DNA from: an uncultured delta proteobacterium | GTDB taxonomy: Bacteria; Desulfobacterota; Binatia; HRBIN30; BPIQ01 | NCBI GenBank assembly: GCA_963761335.1 | Contig: CAVXGR010000015.1 | Coordinates: 288,001 to 352,000, forward strand | Reading direction: 5' to 3' | DNA: 64,000 bases | Part shown: positions 36,301 to 45,766 of the stretch, piece by piece | Position numbering within the stretch: the first letter of the stretch is position 1 | Layout of the letters: each line of letters begins with the position of its first letter | The notes under the pieces: generated by a model | Seen by the model: the letters and a program-made list of their open reading frames with translations, nothing else | Databases searched by the model: none | What the model was told of the DNA's origin: nothing | Program-made: the position numbers and the translations under genes

Positions 36301-39300
36301 TGGAGGAGCTCCCGGGCGAGCAGTACACGGCGAGCATGCCGGCCCTCTTCGTCGGCCGGACGGCCGAGCTCGCCCATCTCGATGCCGGCCTGGAGGATGC
36401 GCTCGGCGGGCGCGGCCGGGTTTTCCTGATCACCGGCGACGCCGGCATCGGCAAGAGCCGGCTGGCGCGGGAGGTGGCGGAGCGCGCCGGCTCTCGCGGA
36501 ACGGCGGCCCTGTGGGGACGGTGCTGGGAGAGCGGCGGCGCGCCTTCCTTCTGGCCGTGGGTGCAGGCGCTGCGCGGCCTGGCGCGATCGAGTGGCGCCC
36601 CCGGACGGGCACCCGCCGCTGGCAACCAGGGCGAGCCCGGCCTTCCGGAGCTGGCTGCCATCGTCGGCGCCGCGGGCGAGATTCACCAGCCCACCAGCGA
36701 CCGCGACCAGACGCGATTCCTCCTGTTCGATGCGACGGTGCGCCTCCTTTGCGCCGCCGCCGCGGAACGGCCTCTCCTGCTCGTGCTCGAGGACCTGCAC
36801 GCCGCCGATGTCGACTCGCTCCTGCTGCTGCGCTTCGTTTCCCAGCAGCTGATCGACATGCGGATGCTGCTTGTCGGCACCTATCGCGACTCCGAGGCGC
36901 GGGCGCAGCCGCAGGTCGGAGAGATCCTCGGCGGAGTGGCGCGCGACGCCAGCTCGGTCCCCCTGCGCGGCTGGTCCGAGTCGGAGGTCGCCCAATACGT
37001 CGATGCCGGCGTGCGCGTTCCACGCGCAGGCGCGCGCGTCGATCGTGTGCTGACCGAGACGGTGTGCCGTATCACCGAAGGGAACCCGTTCTTCGTCGAG
37101 GAGATCGTGCGCTTGTGGAACGCCGAAGGGCTGCCGCAAGCTGCCCGCGGCGGGGTCGAGTTCGGCGTTCGCATCCCAGACCAGGTGCGGGATGCGGTCC
37201 GCCGCCGCTTGGCGCTGCTGCCGCCGGAGAGCGCCGCGTTGTTGAACGTCGCCTCGGTCATCGGACGGGAGTTCGAGGTCGATATTCTTTCCGGCGCCTG
37301 CGGCGCCGCAAACGGCGGCCCGCACGACCTTCTGGCGCCGGCGGTGACCGCCGGCGTCATCGCCCCGGTGTCGCCCTTGCTCACCCGCTACAGCTTCAGC
37401 CACGTCCTGATCCGCGACACGCTCTATCACGACCTTCCCGCCGTGCGCCGCGCCGAGCTGCATCGGCGGGTTGCCGTCGCCATCGAGACGGTGCGAGCGA
37501 CGGCCCTGGAGGCGCACTTCGCGGATCTGGCGCGCCACTATTTGGCCGCCGGCGAGAGCGGTGGCGAGCTGGCGACCAGCTACGCCCTGCGCGCTGCGGA
37601 GCACGCGACTGCGGCCTGTGCGTATGCCGACGCCGTGGGGCACTGCGAGCGCGCCCTCGAGGCGTTTGCGGCGCAGCCGAGCGCCGATCCGCTTCAGGCG
37701 AAGCGCCGCCGCTGCGATCTCCTGTTGCGCCTAGGGGCGGCGCAGAACGCCGCCGGACAGCGCTACCAGGCGCGCGACACCTTTCGCGATGCCGCCAAGC
37801 TGGCCCGGGAGCTGTCCCTTCCGGAGGATCTGGCGCGGGCCGCCCTCGGTTTCGGCGGCTCGTGGGACGGGGCGGCCGAGGTCGTCAAGCTCGACCCGCC
37901 CGACGCGACGCAGTTCGACGACACCCTGCCGCGCCTGCTGCGTGAGGCCCTCGATATGCTGGGCGATCGCTGCCCGGCGCTGCGCGCGCGCCTGCTGAGT
38001 CGCCTGGCGGTCGAGCTCTACTTCACCGGCACGCCCGCGCAACGCGAGGTGCTGGCGCAGGAGGCGATCACCCTGGCGCGGCGGCTCAGCGATCCCTTGG
38101 CTCTGGCGACCGTGCTCTGGGACGCGCATCTGGCGGTGTGGGGTCCGGACAACGTCAGCGCCCGCCGCGGAATGGCGGAGGAGGTCGTCGAGCTGGGTGA
38201 GCGGGCCGGCGACTACGGTCTGCAGCTGCACGGCAGGGCCTGGTTGATCGCCGACCTGCTCGAGCTCGGTGATGGGGCGCGCCTCGAGATCGAGTTCGAG
38301 CGCTTTCGCCGGCTCGCCGAGGCGTATCGCCAGCCGATGCACCTGTGGGCCGTGAAGAATCACTGTGCTCAGCAGGCGCTGCTGACCGGCGACTACGCCG
38401 ACGCCGAGCGCTTCGCGCAGGAGGCGCTGGGTATCGGACAGGGCGTCCTGCCGGCGGCGTTCATCGCCTACGGCGTCCAGATGGCCGCCGTTCAGCGCGA
38501 CTGCGGGCGCTTCGAAGAGCTCGCCGCGGGCGAGATGCTGCTGCGCGGGCTTGCCGAGCAGTACCCCGGGATCCCCAGCCCGCGGGTGGCTCTAACGCAT
38601 CTCCTCGTCGTTCTCGGTCGTCTCGACGAGGCTCGCGTCGAGCTCGATCGCCTGGCGGCGCGCGACTTCGAGGACCTCGCTCGCGACCTCGGCTGGACGA
38701 GCGTGGTGGTCGAGCTGGCCGAGATCTGCGCCGCTCTCGGAGATCGGCAACGTGCCGGCGCGCTGTATCCGCTGCTGCTTCCCTGTGCCGCGTACGTCGT
38801 CGTCAGTCCCTATCATGCCACCTGCTGGGGCTCGGTGGCGCGATCGCTGGGCGTTCTCGCCACCATGCTGGAGGACTGGACGGCGGCCGAAGCTCACTTT
38901 GCGGTGGCCCTGGAGCGCAACCGCCGGCTGCGGGCGCGCCCCTGGATCGCGCGTGCGCAGCTCGATTACGCGCGCATGCTGTGCGCGCGCCACCAGCCGG
39001 GGGACCCCGCCAAGGCGCGTGCTCTGCTGGAGGAAGCGGAGGCGACCGCCGACGCACTCGGTATGCGGCCTCTGTCCGAGCGCATCCGCGCCGTACGGCA
39101 GGGCGTGGACGAGGAACCCACTGCGGCGGTAGTCTCTGCGGATCCCTTGGCGCCGCTTTCGAGCGGAGAGCTCGTCTACCGCTTCTCGCGTCGGGGGCAG
39201 TTCTGGCAGATCGCCTTCGGCGGCGATTCCTGCACTCTCAAGGACACGCGCGGGCTGCAGTTCATTGCTCGCCTCCTGCAGTCTCCGCAGCGCGAGCTCC

Positions 39301-39743
39301 ACGCGCTCGATCTCGTGCAGGGCTTGGAGCACGAGCGCGCCGCGTCCTCGGGATCGCCGGCTGGCGTGGCCGAGGGCGACTCCGGTCCGCTTCTCGATCC
39401 ACAGGCGAGGACGGCCTACAAACAGCGACTCGAGGAGCTCGGGGAAGAGCTGGAAGAGGCGCAGGCGTTCAACGATGCCGGGCGCGCCGAGCGAGTCCGC
39501 GAGGAGATCGACTTCCTCACCCGCGAGCTGACCCGCGCCTTCGGTATCGGCGGCCGCGAACGCCGCGCCGGCTCGAACGCCGAGCGGGCGCGGATCAACG
39601 TCACCCGCGCCATCGCCGCGGCCCTCAAGCAGATCGGCGCGCACCACCCACCGCTGTCGGAGCACCTGAAGAAGACGATCAGGACCGGAACCTTCTGCAG
39701 CTACAATCCCGACCCGCGTGTGCCGATCGATTGGCAGCTGTGA
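36297..39743 (+). CDS. STAND-type AAA ATPase with helical repeats and putative C-terminal DNA-binding domain
   Basis: FVGRTAEL, GDAGIGKSRL, LVLEDLH, GNPFF, YSFSHVLIRDTLY; C-terminal GLQFIARLL...ERARINVTRAI...IRTGTFCSY; ATGA overlap with paralog C. Confidence 0.85.
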   Translation: MMEELPGEQYTASMPALFVGRTAELAHLDAGLEDALGGRGRVFLITGDAGIGKSRLAREVAERAGSRGTAALWGRCWESGGAPSFWPWVQALRGLARSSGAPGRAPAAGNQGEPGLPELAAIVGAAGEIHQPTSDRDQTRFLLFDATVRLLCAAAAERPLLLVLEDLHAADVDSLLLLRFVSQQLIDMRMLLVGTYRDSEARAQPQVGEILGGVARDASSVPLRGWSESEVAQYVDAGVRVPRAGARVDRVLTETVCRITEGNPFFVEEIVRLWNAEGLPQAARGGVEFGVRIPDQVRDAVRRRLALLPPESAALLNVASVIGREFEVDILSGACGAANGGPHDLLAPAVTAGVIAPVSPLLTRYSFSHVLIRDTLYHDLPAVRRAELHRRVAVAIETVRATALEAHFADLARHYLAAGESGGELATSYALRAAEHATAACAYADAVGHCERALEAFAAQPSADPLQAKRRRCDLLLRLGAAQNAAGQRYQARDTFRDAAKLARELSLPEDLARAALGFGGSWDGAAEVVKLDPPDATQFDDTLPRLLREALDMLGDRCPALRARLLSRLAVELYFTGTPAQREVLAQEAITLARRLSDPLALATVLWDAHLAVWGPDNVSARRGMAEEVVELGERAGDYGLQLHGRAWLIADLLELGDGARLEIEFERFRRLAEAYRQPMHLWAVKNHCAQQALLTGDYADAERFAQEALGIGQGVLPAAFIAYGVQMAAVQRDCGRFEELAAGEMLLRGLAEQYPGIPSPRVALTHLLVVLGRLDEARVELDRLAARDFEDLARDLGWTSVVVELAEICAALGDRQRAGALYPLLLPCAAYVVVSPYHATCWGSVARSLGVLATMLEDWTAAEAHFAVALERNRRLRARPWIARAQLDYARMLCARHQPGDPAKARALLEEAEATADALGMRPLSERIRAVRQGVDEEPTAAVVSADPLAPLSSGELVYRFSRRGQFWQIAFGGDSCTLKDTRGLQFIARLLQSPQRELHALDLVQGLEHERAASSGSPAGVAEGDSGPLLDPQARTAYKQRLEELGEELEEAQAFNDAGRAERVREEIDFLTRELTRAFGIGGRERRAGSNAERARINVTRAIAAALKQIGAHHPPLSEHLKKTIRTGTFCSYNPDPRVPIDWQL

Positions 39744-39791
39744 GCGGGCGGCGCGTGGCGGGGCGCGCCAAGCAACGATATATCGATCCGC

Positions 39792-40820
39792 ATGACAGAG
39801 CCTGTCCCGCCCTTTCCGGAGGTCGCCGTCCTCCTCGGAGATCCGCTGCTGCCCGATGCGACCAAGGTCGATCGCTGCTTCAGCGCCGAGGACCTGGAGT
39901 CGGTGGAGCGCATGAAGGCGGCGCTGGCCGAGCTGAGGCAGTACCGATTCACCTACCTGAACGATCACCGCACCCTGCTGTCGGACCTGATGGCGCGGCC
40001 GCCATCCTTTCTCTTCAACCTGTGTGACACGGGCTTCCGCAACGAGGCGGCGCACGAGCTGCATCTGCCGGCGCTCCTCGATCTCCTGGGGATCCCTTAC
40101 AGCGGTGCGGGGCCGGCGGGCATGGCGGTGTGCTATGACAAGTCTCTGGTGCGCGCCGTCGCCGCCGCCCACGGCGTCCCCGTGCCGCGTGAGCTGTTCC
40201 TGCGCGCCGGTAGCCGCGCCGAGATTCCCGCTGACGCGTACCCGGCACTGATCAAGCCGAACCGCGGCGACGGCAGCGTCGGCATCACCCAGAAGGCGGT
40301 GGTGCGCTCGGCGGCGGAAGCGGCGGAATACCTCGACTGGCTGCGCCGCGAGTGGCCCGGCCGAGACGCCCTGGTACAGGAGTTCCTCGGCGGCACCGAG
40401 TACGGCGTCGGCCTGATCGGCAATCCGGGTCTCGGGTTCACCGTGCTGCCGCCGATGGAGGTCGATTACAGCAGTCTCGATGCGGGTCTGGCGCCCATCC
40501 TCTCCTACGAATCGAAGACCGTCCCCAGCTCGCCGTACTGGAGCCAGATTCACTTCCGCGCGGCGCGCCTCGACGGGGCGACCGTCGAGCGACTCGTCGC
40601 CCATGCGGCTCTGCTGTTCGAGCGGCTCCAGTGCCGCGACTACGCGCGTTTCGACTTTCGCGCCGACGCCGCCGGCGAGATCAAGCTCATGGAGGTGAAC
40701 GCCAACCCCGCCTGGTGCTGGGACGGCAAGCTCAACTTCATGGCCGGATTTGCCGGCTGGAGCTACGCCCAACTTCTGCGCGCCATCCTCGAGACGGCGC
40801 AGCGGCGGTGCGGGCAGTAG
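39792..40820 (+). CDS. D-alanine--D-alanine ligase-like ATP-grasp protein (atypical N-terminus)
   Basis: GIPYSG, CYDK, IKPNRGDGSVGI, LVQEFL, YESK, YARFDFR, MEVNANP; lacks the GGxSxE N-terminal motif of canonical Ddl. Confidence 0.8.
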   Translation: MTEPVPPFPEVAVLLGDPLLPDATKVDRCFSAEDLESVERMKAALAELRQYRFTYLNDHRTLLSDLMARPPSFLFNLCDTGFRNEAAHELHLPALLDLLGIPYSGAGPAGMAVCYDKSLVRAVAAAHGVPVPRELFLRAGSRAEIPADAYPALIKPNRGDGSVGITQKAVVRSAAEAAEYLDWLRREWPGRDALVQEFLGGTEYGVGLIGNPGLGFTVLPPMEVDYSSLDAGLAPILSYESKTVPSSPYWSQIHFRAARLDGATVERLVAHAALLFERLQCRDYARFDFRADAAGEIKLMEVNANPAWCWDGKLNFMAGFAGWSYAQLLRAILETAQRRCGQ

Positions 40821-40843
40821 GAGAAGCGCCGTTGTCGCGGCCC

Positions 40844-42880
40844 CTACACCAGATCGCGGCGGACCTTGCGGTCCCAGCTGCGGCGGAAGACGCACTCTTC
40901 GCCTTCGTAGGCGCGCAGCTCGGCCTGGAGGCGAAACGCCTCACGGTCTGCCGAGAAGTGCGTGTGCGTCTCGATGCGGGTCGACCAGGCGCCGCGGCAG
41001 AAGATTGTCGTCTGCCGCACCTCGGCCCGCGCCGACAGCGGATCTTCCTCGCTGATGCGGCAGCACTTGAGGATGACGTTGCCGACGTCGAGATCGATGG
41101 CGTGCACGCGGGCGAGGGCGGCGCCCTCGAACTCGCCCCCATCGCTGGAGATCGTGTAGACGGTCTCGTTGGTCGCCAGATCGCGTTCGATGGTGCGCTT
41201 GAAGGTCGCCGGCCGCAGCTCGGTGTGCTCGAGGGGCGGTCCTTGCTCGGGTTCCTTGAACGCGGGCAGCTGCTCGTCCTCGGCGCGGGGCGGGCGAACC
41301 GGCAGCTCCAGAGAGCTGGCACCGGTGAACAGGGTCAGCATGACCGGCTCCGGTGATGGCCAGGCGAGCGGCCAGTAGCTGGTGGAGATTGCCAGCCGGA
41401 TGCGGTGGCCCGCCGGAAAGACGTGGGCGATGTCGTTGAGGGCGACCGTCACCCGGTAGCGGTGGCCGATCTCGAGCGGCTGCGGATGCTCGTGCCCGCC
41501 TCGGTGTGTCAGGTTGAGGAGCCCATAGGTCACCCGCGTCGAGGCCCCGTCCGCCGCCACATCGTTCAGGCGGACGGCGATCATGGCGCTGGGCCGGTCG
41601 ACGGCGAGATCGAGTGTGACGACGGGGGCGCCGAGGATCTCCAGCCGCCCCTGGAGCGGCACCGAATCGAAGCTCAGCGACTTGCCGTCCTCCTCGCGCT
41701 GACCGGTCGGCATCTCGCCTTCGGCGCCGAAGCCGCACCAGTCTCCGGCGGCGAGACCAGTGGTCTGCGGCGAGGTGAACTGCAGCCGCACCTCGCGCTC
41801 GCACTCATCGCTCAGACGACCGAGGTTGATGGCCAAGCGCTTCCAGGCGAGACGCGGCGACGGCCAGCTCTCTTCCGCCACCCAGCGCCCCGGACGCGTC
41901 TCGTAATACGGCCGCGGCGGCACGTTCTCCTGCATCCAAGCTCGATATGTCGGCTCGTCCATGATCCCCGTGTCGATTCCACGCAGCCAGTGATCCCACC
42001 AGCGCAGCGCTTCCTGGAGGAAACCGATGGTCGGTCCGGGGACGCCGTCGTGCGGGAACACGTGTGCCCACGGACCGATCAGTCCTTTGCGCGGGACCTT
42101 CAAGCCGCGCAGGAGCCGCGGAACGGTGTTCGAGTAGCCGTCGGCCCAGCCACCGATGGCGTACACCGGGCAGATGATTCGCCCGTAGTCCTCGCATACG
42201 GAGCCGTGCTTCCAGTAGGCGTCCCGCCGCTGGTGCTCGAGCCAAATGGCGGGAAAGAGCACGGCGTGCTCCAGGCGGTCGAGCCACATCCGCCGCCAGC
42301 GTTCACCGACCAGCGCGGGATCGGGGGGATAGGCGTTGAACTGCAGCAGCACCGAGCCCCAGGTGAGGTTCTCGTTGAGGAGGCAGCCGCCCATGTAGTG
42401 GGCGTCATCCGCATAGCGATCATCGGTGGAGCACAGAGTGATGATCGCCTTCAGCTCCTGGGGCTGCCGCGCCGCGACCTGGAGCGAGTTGAAGCCGCCC
42501 CACGAGATGCCCATCATGCCGACGTTGCCGCTGCACCACGGCTGTGAGGCGATCCAGCGGATGGCCTCGACGGCGTCGTCCTGCTCCTGCTGAAGATACT
42601 CGTCGAGCAGCAAGCCATCTGATTCGCCCGAGCCGCGGACGTCGACGCGGACGGCGGCGTAGCCGTGGCCGGCGAAGTAGCGATGCATCGGCTCGTCGCG
42701 GGCGCGGGTGAAGTCGCGCTTGCGGTAGGGGATGTACTCGAAGATCGCCGGCACCGGCCGGCGCTCGGCGCCTTCGGGGAGCCAGATCCGGGCCGCCAGC
42801 CGGCAACCGTCGGGCATGGGGATCCACAGGTTCTCGATCTCCTGAACCCGATGCGGAAACGAGTCGACGACTTTCGCCAT
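40844..42880 (-). CDS. CocE/NonD family hydrolase (peptidase S15)
   Basis: IPMPDGCRLAARIWLP, YIPYRKRD, DVRGSGES, GISWGG, GGWADGY, IGPWAH, PepX_C-like C-terminus. Confidence 0.92.
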   Translation of the reverse strand: MAKVVDSFPHRVQEIENLWIPMPDGCRLAARIWLPEGAERRPVPAIFEYIPYRKRDFTRARDEPMHRYFAGHGYAAVRVDVRGSGESDGLLLDEYLQQEQDDAVEAIRWIASQPWCSGNVGMMGISWGGFNSLQVAARQPQELKAIITLCSTDDRYADDAHYMGGCLLNENLTWGSVLLQFNAYPPDPALVGERWRRMWLDRLEHAVLFPAIWLEHQRRDAYWKHGSVCEDYGRIICPVYAIGGWADGYSNTVPRLLRGLKVPRKGLIGPWAHVFPHDGVPGPTIGFLQEALRWWDHWLRGIDTGIMDEPTYRAWMQENVPPRPYYETRPGRWVAEESWPSPRLAWKRLAINLGRLSDECEREVRLQFTSPQTTGLAAGDWCGFGAEGEMPTGQREEDGKSLSFDSVPLQGRLEILGAPVVTLDLAVDRPSAMIAVRLNDVAADGASTRVTYGLLNLTHRGGHEHPQPLEIGHRYRVTVALNDIAHVFPAGHRIRLAISTSYWPLAWPSPEPVMLTLFTGASSLELPVRPPRAEDEQLPAFKEPEQGPPLEHTELRPATFKRTIERDLATNETVYTISSDGGEFEGAALARVHAIDLDVGNVILKCCRISEEDPLSARAEVRQTTIFCRGAWSTRIETHTHFSADREAFRLQAELRAYEGEECVFRRSWDRKVRRDLV

Positions 42881-42913
42881 CCGTCCTCCCGCCGGCGCGC
42901 CGCCGAGCGGCGA

Positions 42914-43873
42914 TCAGCCGGTCGTGGTCAGTCTCGCCCCCCGGGGGGCTCGCCGCGGCCGCAGCTTCTGCACCGACCAGAAGTGCAGCGCCAGCTGCTC
43001 CCGCACCGCCAGGCCGACGTCCAGGTCCCAGCAATTGACGATGGCCAGCCGGAAGCCTCCGGGCGGCATGGCATGGGCCTTCGGCAGCTTGTTCTCGTGA
43101 AAGGTGATCTGGATGCTCGACACCTCGGCGTGTCGCCGCAGCTCGGCGATGACTGCCGGATCGACCTTCTTGTAGCGCGGCCCATGGCCGCCGAAGAGGA
43201 CGACGCTGTAGCCGGTGCGCCGGGCTGTGTCGCCGTAGCTCCAGGATCCGTGGGCGTAGAGGTCGATGACGCTCTCGACCCAGCCGGGGCCGTAGAGGTC
43301 GACCCACTGGTCGCTCATGCGCAGATGCGCCTCGATGATCTGACCGCCGATGGTCTCGAAGTTGACGATGCCGGTGTAGCCTTTCAGGTTGGCGCCGAGC
43401 CACTGCCCGCAGTAGTCTTCGATCTTGGGCCGGGCCTCGGCGAGCACCGTCCAATAGTCGAACATGCCTTCGGGCAACGCCTTGCCGATGGCGTGTCGCC
43501 ACCACTGCGCATGCCCGCCGACCACGGCGACGTCGCTGCTCACGTGCTCGCCGGTGAGCAGCGGCATCCACATGTTCCCGGGGGCCTGCTCGCGACCGTA
43601 GTCTTCGAGCGACTCGATGATCTTCGTGCCGGTGCCCATCCCCCGCATGTTGTAGATCGGCTTGCTGAACACGGGGAAGCGCGGCGGGATCATGCCGTGT
43701 GGACCACACTCGAGGCCTTGGGTTTCGGCGATCAGCAGCTTGTTGTAGATCCAGCGATGCTGCGGATAGAGGCGATAGGCGTCGGCGTCGTCCGTGGGAA
43801 TGACCACGTCATCGGGACAGGGTACGCCCTCGAAGTACTGCGTGCGCCACGGATCGTTCTCGAGGATCGGCAT
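42914..43873 (-). CDS. Hypothetical protein, probable ATP-grasp-like fold
   Basis: NKLLIAETQG, PVFSKPIYN, GEHVSSDV, GIVNFETIGGQIIEAHLR resemble ATP-grasp elements; co-oriented 33 bp upstream of the CocE gene. Confidence 0.6.
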   Translation of the reverse strand: MPILENDPWRTQYFEGVPCPDDVVIPTDDADAYRLYPQHRWIYNKLLIAETQGLECGPHGMIPPRFPVFSKPIYNMRGMGTGTKIIESLEDYGREQAPGNMWMPLLTGEHVSSDVAVVGGHAQWWRHAIGKALPEGMFDYWTVLAEARPKIEDYCGQWLGANLKGYTGIVNFETIGGQIIEAHLRMSDQWVDLYGPGWVESVIDLYAHGSWSYGDTARRTGYSVVLFGGHGPRYKKVDPAVIAELRRHAEVSSIQITFHENKLPKAHAMPPGGFRLAIVNCWDLDVGLAVREQLALHFWSVQKLRPRRAPRGARLTTTG

Positions 43874-44022
43874 GCCTCAGCGACGAGTAACGGTCTTGGT
43901 CGCCGAGGTCAATTGGCGTCGACGGCCATTGCCGTGCTCATGTTCACGGCATCCGGGGAATCGGTCTTCCCATGACACTGCCGCTCGGATTGCTTCCCCA
44001 GCGCCACGGGCCAGACTGTCCT

Positions 44023-44038
44023 TGGTTCGCATCTTGCT
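44023..44038 (+). promoter_or_regulatory. Putative sigma54 promoter
   Basis: TGGTTC-GCATC-TTGCT with correct spacing, just upstream of GAGG and the start of ORF 44054. Confidence 0.5.
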
Positions 44039-44053
44039 TTTGCGACAATCGAG

Positions 44054-44320
44054 GTGATGGCAATGACGCCCTTCATGATTGTCGGCACGCTCGGCGGTAT
44101 GGTTTGGATGATCCCCTGCGCTTCTGTGGAAATGAGTTTCCCCCTGGCGCCGATCTTCTGGGCGATCTCGGCACTGCTGGTGACCTGCGGCCTCGCGATT
44201 CTGGTATCTCGGGACCCGGCGCCGCCGACCCTGCGATTCCCTTCAGCGGGCCCGCGGCGCGGCAGATCGGGCCTGGTGGCCCGCTCGCACGCCGTCGGCT
44301 ACCCGCACCACACGACCTGA
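44054..44320 (+). CDS. Small putative membrane protein (two hydrophobic segments)
   Basis: 88-aa ORF with two hydrophobic stretches, GAGG RBS, fills intergenic gap. Confidence 0.5.
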   Translation: MMAMTPFMIVGTLGGMVWMIPCASVEMSFPLAPIFWAISALLVTCGLAILVSRDPAPPTLRFPSAGPRRGRSGLVARSHAVGYPHHTT

Positions 44321-44440
44321 GCAGACCGCCCAGCCGCAGTCGGGGAAATGCGGATCGTGTCGCCGCATATGCCCACGACGCCGCCTTTGTGATAGAGAGC
44401 ATCTGCTCGAGTGAAGCTCCCGAATCCCAAAGGAGGAGTC

Positions 44441-44860
44441 ATGGCTGCCACTGCACCGAAGAAGCGTTCGCCGGCGGCGAAGCGTCGGCCCGCCCCCCGG
44501 CGGGCTCCGGCGCGAGCCGGAATGCCGCGCGAGGCGCGGGCGGCGTACGCCGAGGTTCAGCAGAGTCTTCGCCATCTGGAGAGATCGATTGCCGAGGTTC
44601 AACAGGGATTGCGCAAGGCGGAGCGCAAGATCGAGGCGGATGCGCGCGGGCGGATCAGCGGTCTCCGCAAGGACGCGCGCGCGCAAGTGAAGCTCTTGCA
44701 GGCGCGTCGCCGTGAGGCCGGCGTCAAGCTGAAGCAGCTGTCCGCGGCGGCAGGCGAATCATGGCAGGACGTCAAGCAGTCGGCGGACTCGATTCTCGCC
44801 GATGCGCGGGCCACCGCCAGCTCGATCGTCGAGCGCTTCCGCGGGATCCTGGCCGACTGA
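44441..44860 (+). CDS. Hypothetical basic coiled-coil protein
   Basis: Strong AGGAGG RBS; K/R/P/A-rich N-terminal tail, then amphipathic helices ending AAGESWQDVKQS. Confidence 0.75.
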   Translation: MAATAPKKRSPAAKRRPAPRRAPARAGMPREARAAYAEVQQSLRHLERSIAEVQQGLRKAERKIEADARGRISGLRKDARAQVKLLQARRREAGVKLKQLSAAAGESWQDVKQSADSILADARATASSIVERFRGILAD

Positions 44861-45045
44861 GAGTCGTCTCAGCGCCGTCGCGGTGCGCGTCCGGCTTTCG
44901 CTGCAGCCGTACCTTTGGCGCCGGGGCGGGCGCCTCGGTTTTCGCCCGTTCTGAAGGATGAGCTCTCACCGCCCCTCTTCCGCCGTTTGACCCGTCGGCC
45001 GCGTCGGACTAAACGGTCGCGGGCGCGAGAAAAAGGGGGAGCGAA

Positions 45046-45435
45046 GTGTTCACTTCCGAGGCGACGACACGCGGGATCCGTATTCGCGTGCGTTCGAGCT
45101 ATGTGGCCGAGCGCTCGGAGCCGGACCAAGGCCAGTGGTTCTTCATCTACAATGTGCACATCTCCAACCTGGGCACGGAGACTGCCCAGCTGGTCAGCCG
45201 TCACTGGATCATCACCGACGGCAATGGGCACGTGGAAGAGGTGCGCGGTCCGGGAGTGGTCGGCGAGCAGCCGGTGCTGCCGCCCGGCGAGTCCTTCGAG
45301 TACACCTCCGCGTGCCCGCTGCGCACGCCGTTCGGCACCATGCACGGCACCTACCAGATGGTGACCAAGCAGGGTGAGACCTTCGACGCCGAGGTCGCAC
45401 CGTTCTCGCTGGCCGAGCCCCACGCGGTGAACTGA
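45046..45435 (+). CDS. apaG: ApaG protein
   Basis: QLVSRHWIITDGNG, EVRGPGVVGEQP, FEYTS, GTMHGTY. Confidence 0.95.
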   Translation: MFTSEATTRGIRIRVRSSYVAERSEPDQGQWFFIYNVHISNLGTETAQLVSRHWIITDGNGHVEEVRGPGVVGEQPVLPPGESFEYTSACPLRTPFGTMHGTYQMVTKQGETFDAEVAPFSLAEPHAVN

Positions 45436-45464
45436 GGGGAAGCGCCGGCGACCCGAGGGTTGAA

Positions 45465-45766
45465 GAGGTTGTCTCAATACCGCGCCCGCGCCCCTGCGGG
45501 GCGCGTATCGGGGAAGCCGACGCGCCGTTCCCCGGGTTGCACCCGGGGCTACATGCCCGCGCCGCTCCGCGGCTCAATCCCCGACGCCTCCCCATCTCCC
45601 CGGTTGAGCCGGGCTTTCCCGGGGATGCACCCGCGGTCCTCGGGGTTTGGACGTCATTCGCCCCGCAGGGGCGCGGGCATGTAGCCCCGGGTCGAAGACC
45701 CGGGGAACCCGAAGCCGGTCTGGGTTGCGCCCCGCAGGGGCGCGGGCGCGGTTTTGAGTCAGCCTC
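45465..45766. mobile_element. MITE-like element with ~40-bp terminal inverted repeats and TGAA direct repeats
   Basis: Left end gaggttgtctcaataccgcgcccgcg..., right end ...cgcgggcgcggttttgagtcagcctc; TGAA at 45461-45464 and 45767-45770; no transposase. Confidence 0.82.

Noticed and set aside
21330..39743. STAND proteins as Avs-type anti-phage defence
   Set aside because: No nuclease, TIR, SIR2 or protease effector was recognised; the architectures match signalling cyclase and regulator STANDs, and no other defence genes are nearby. Not formally excluded.
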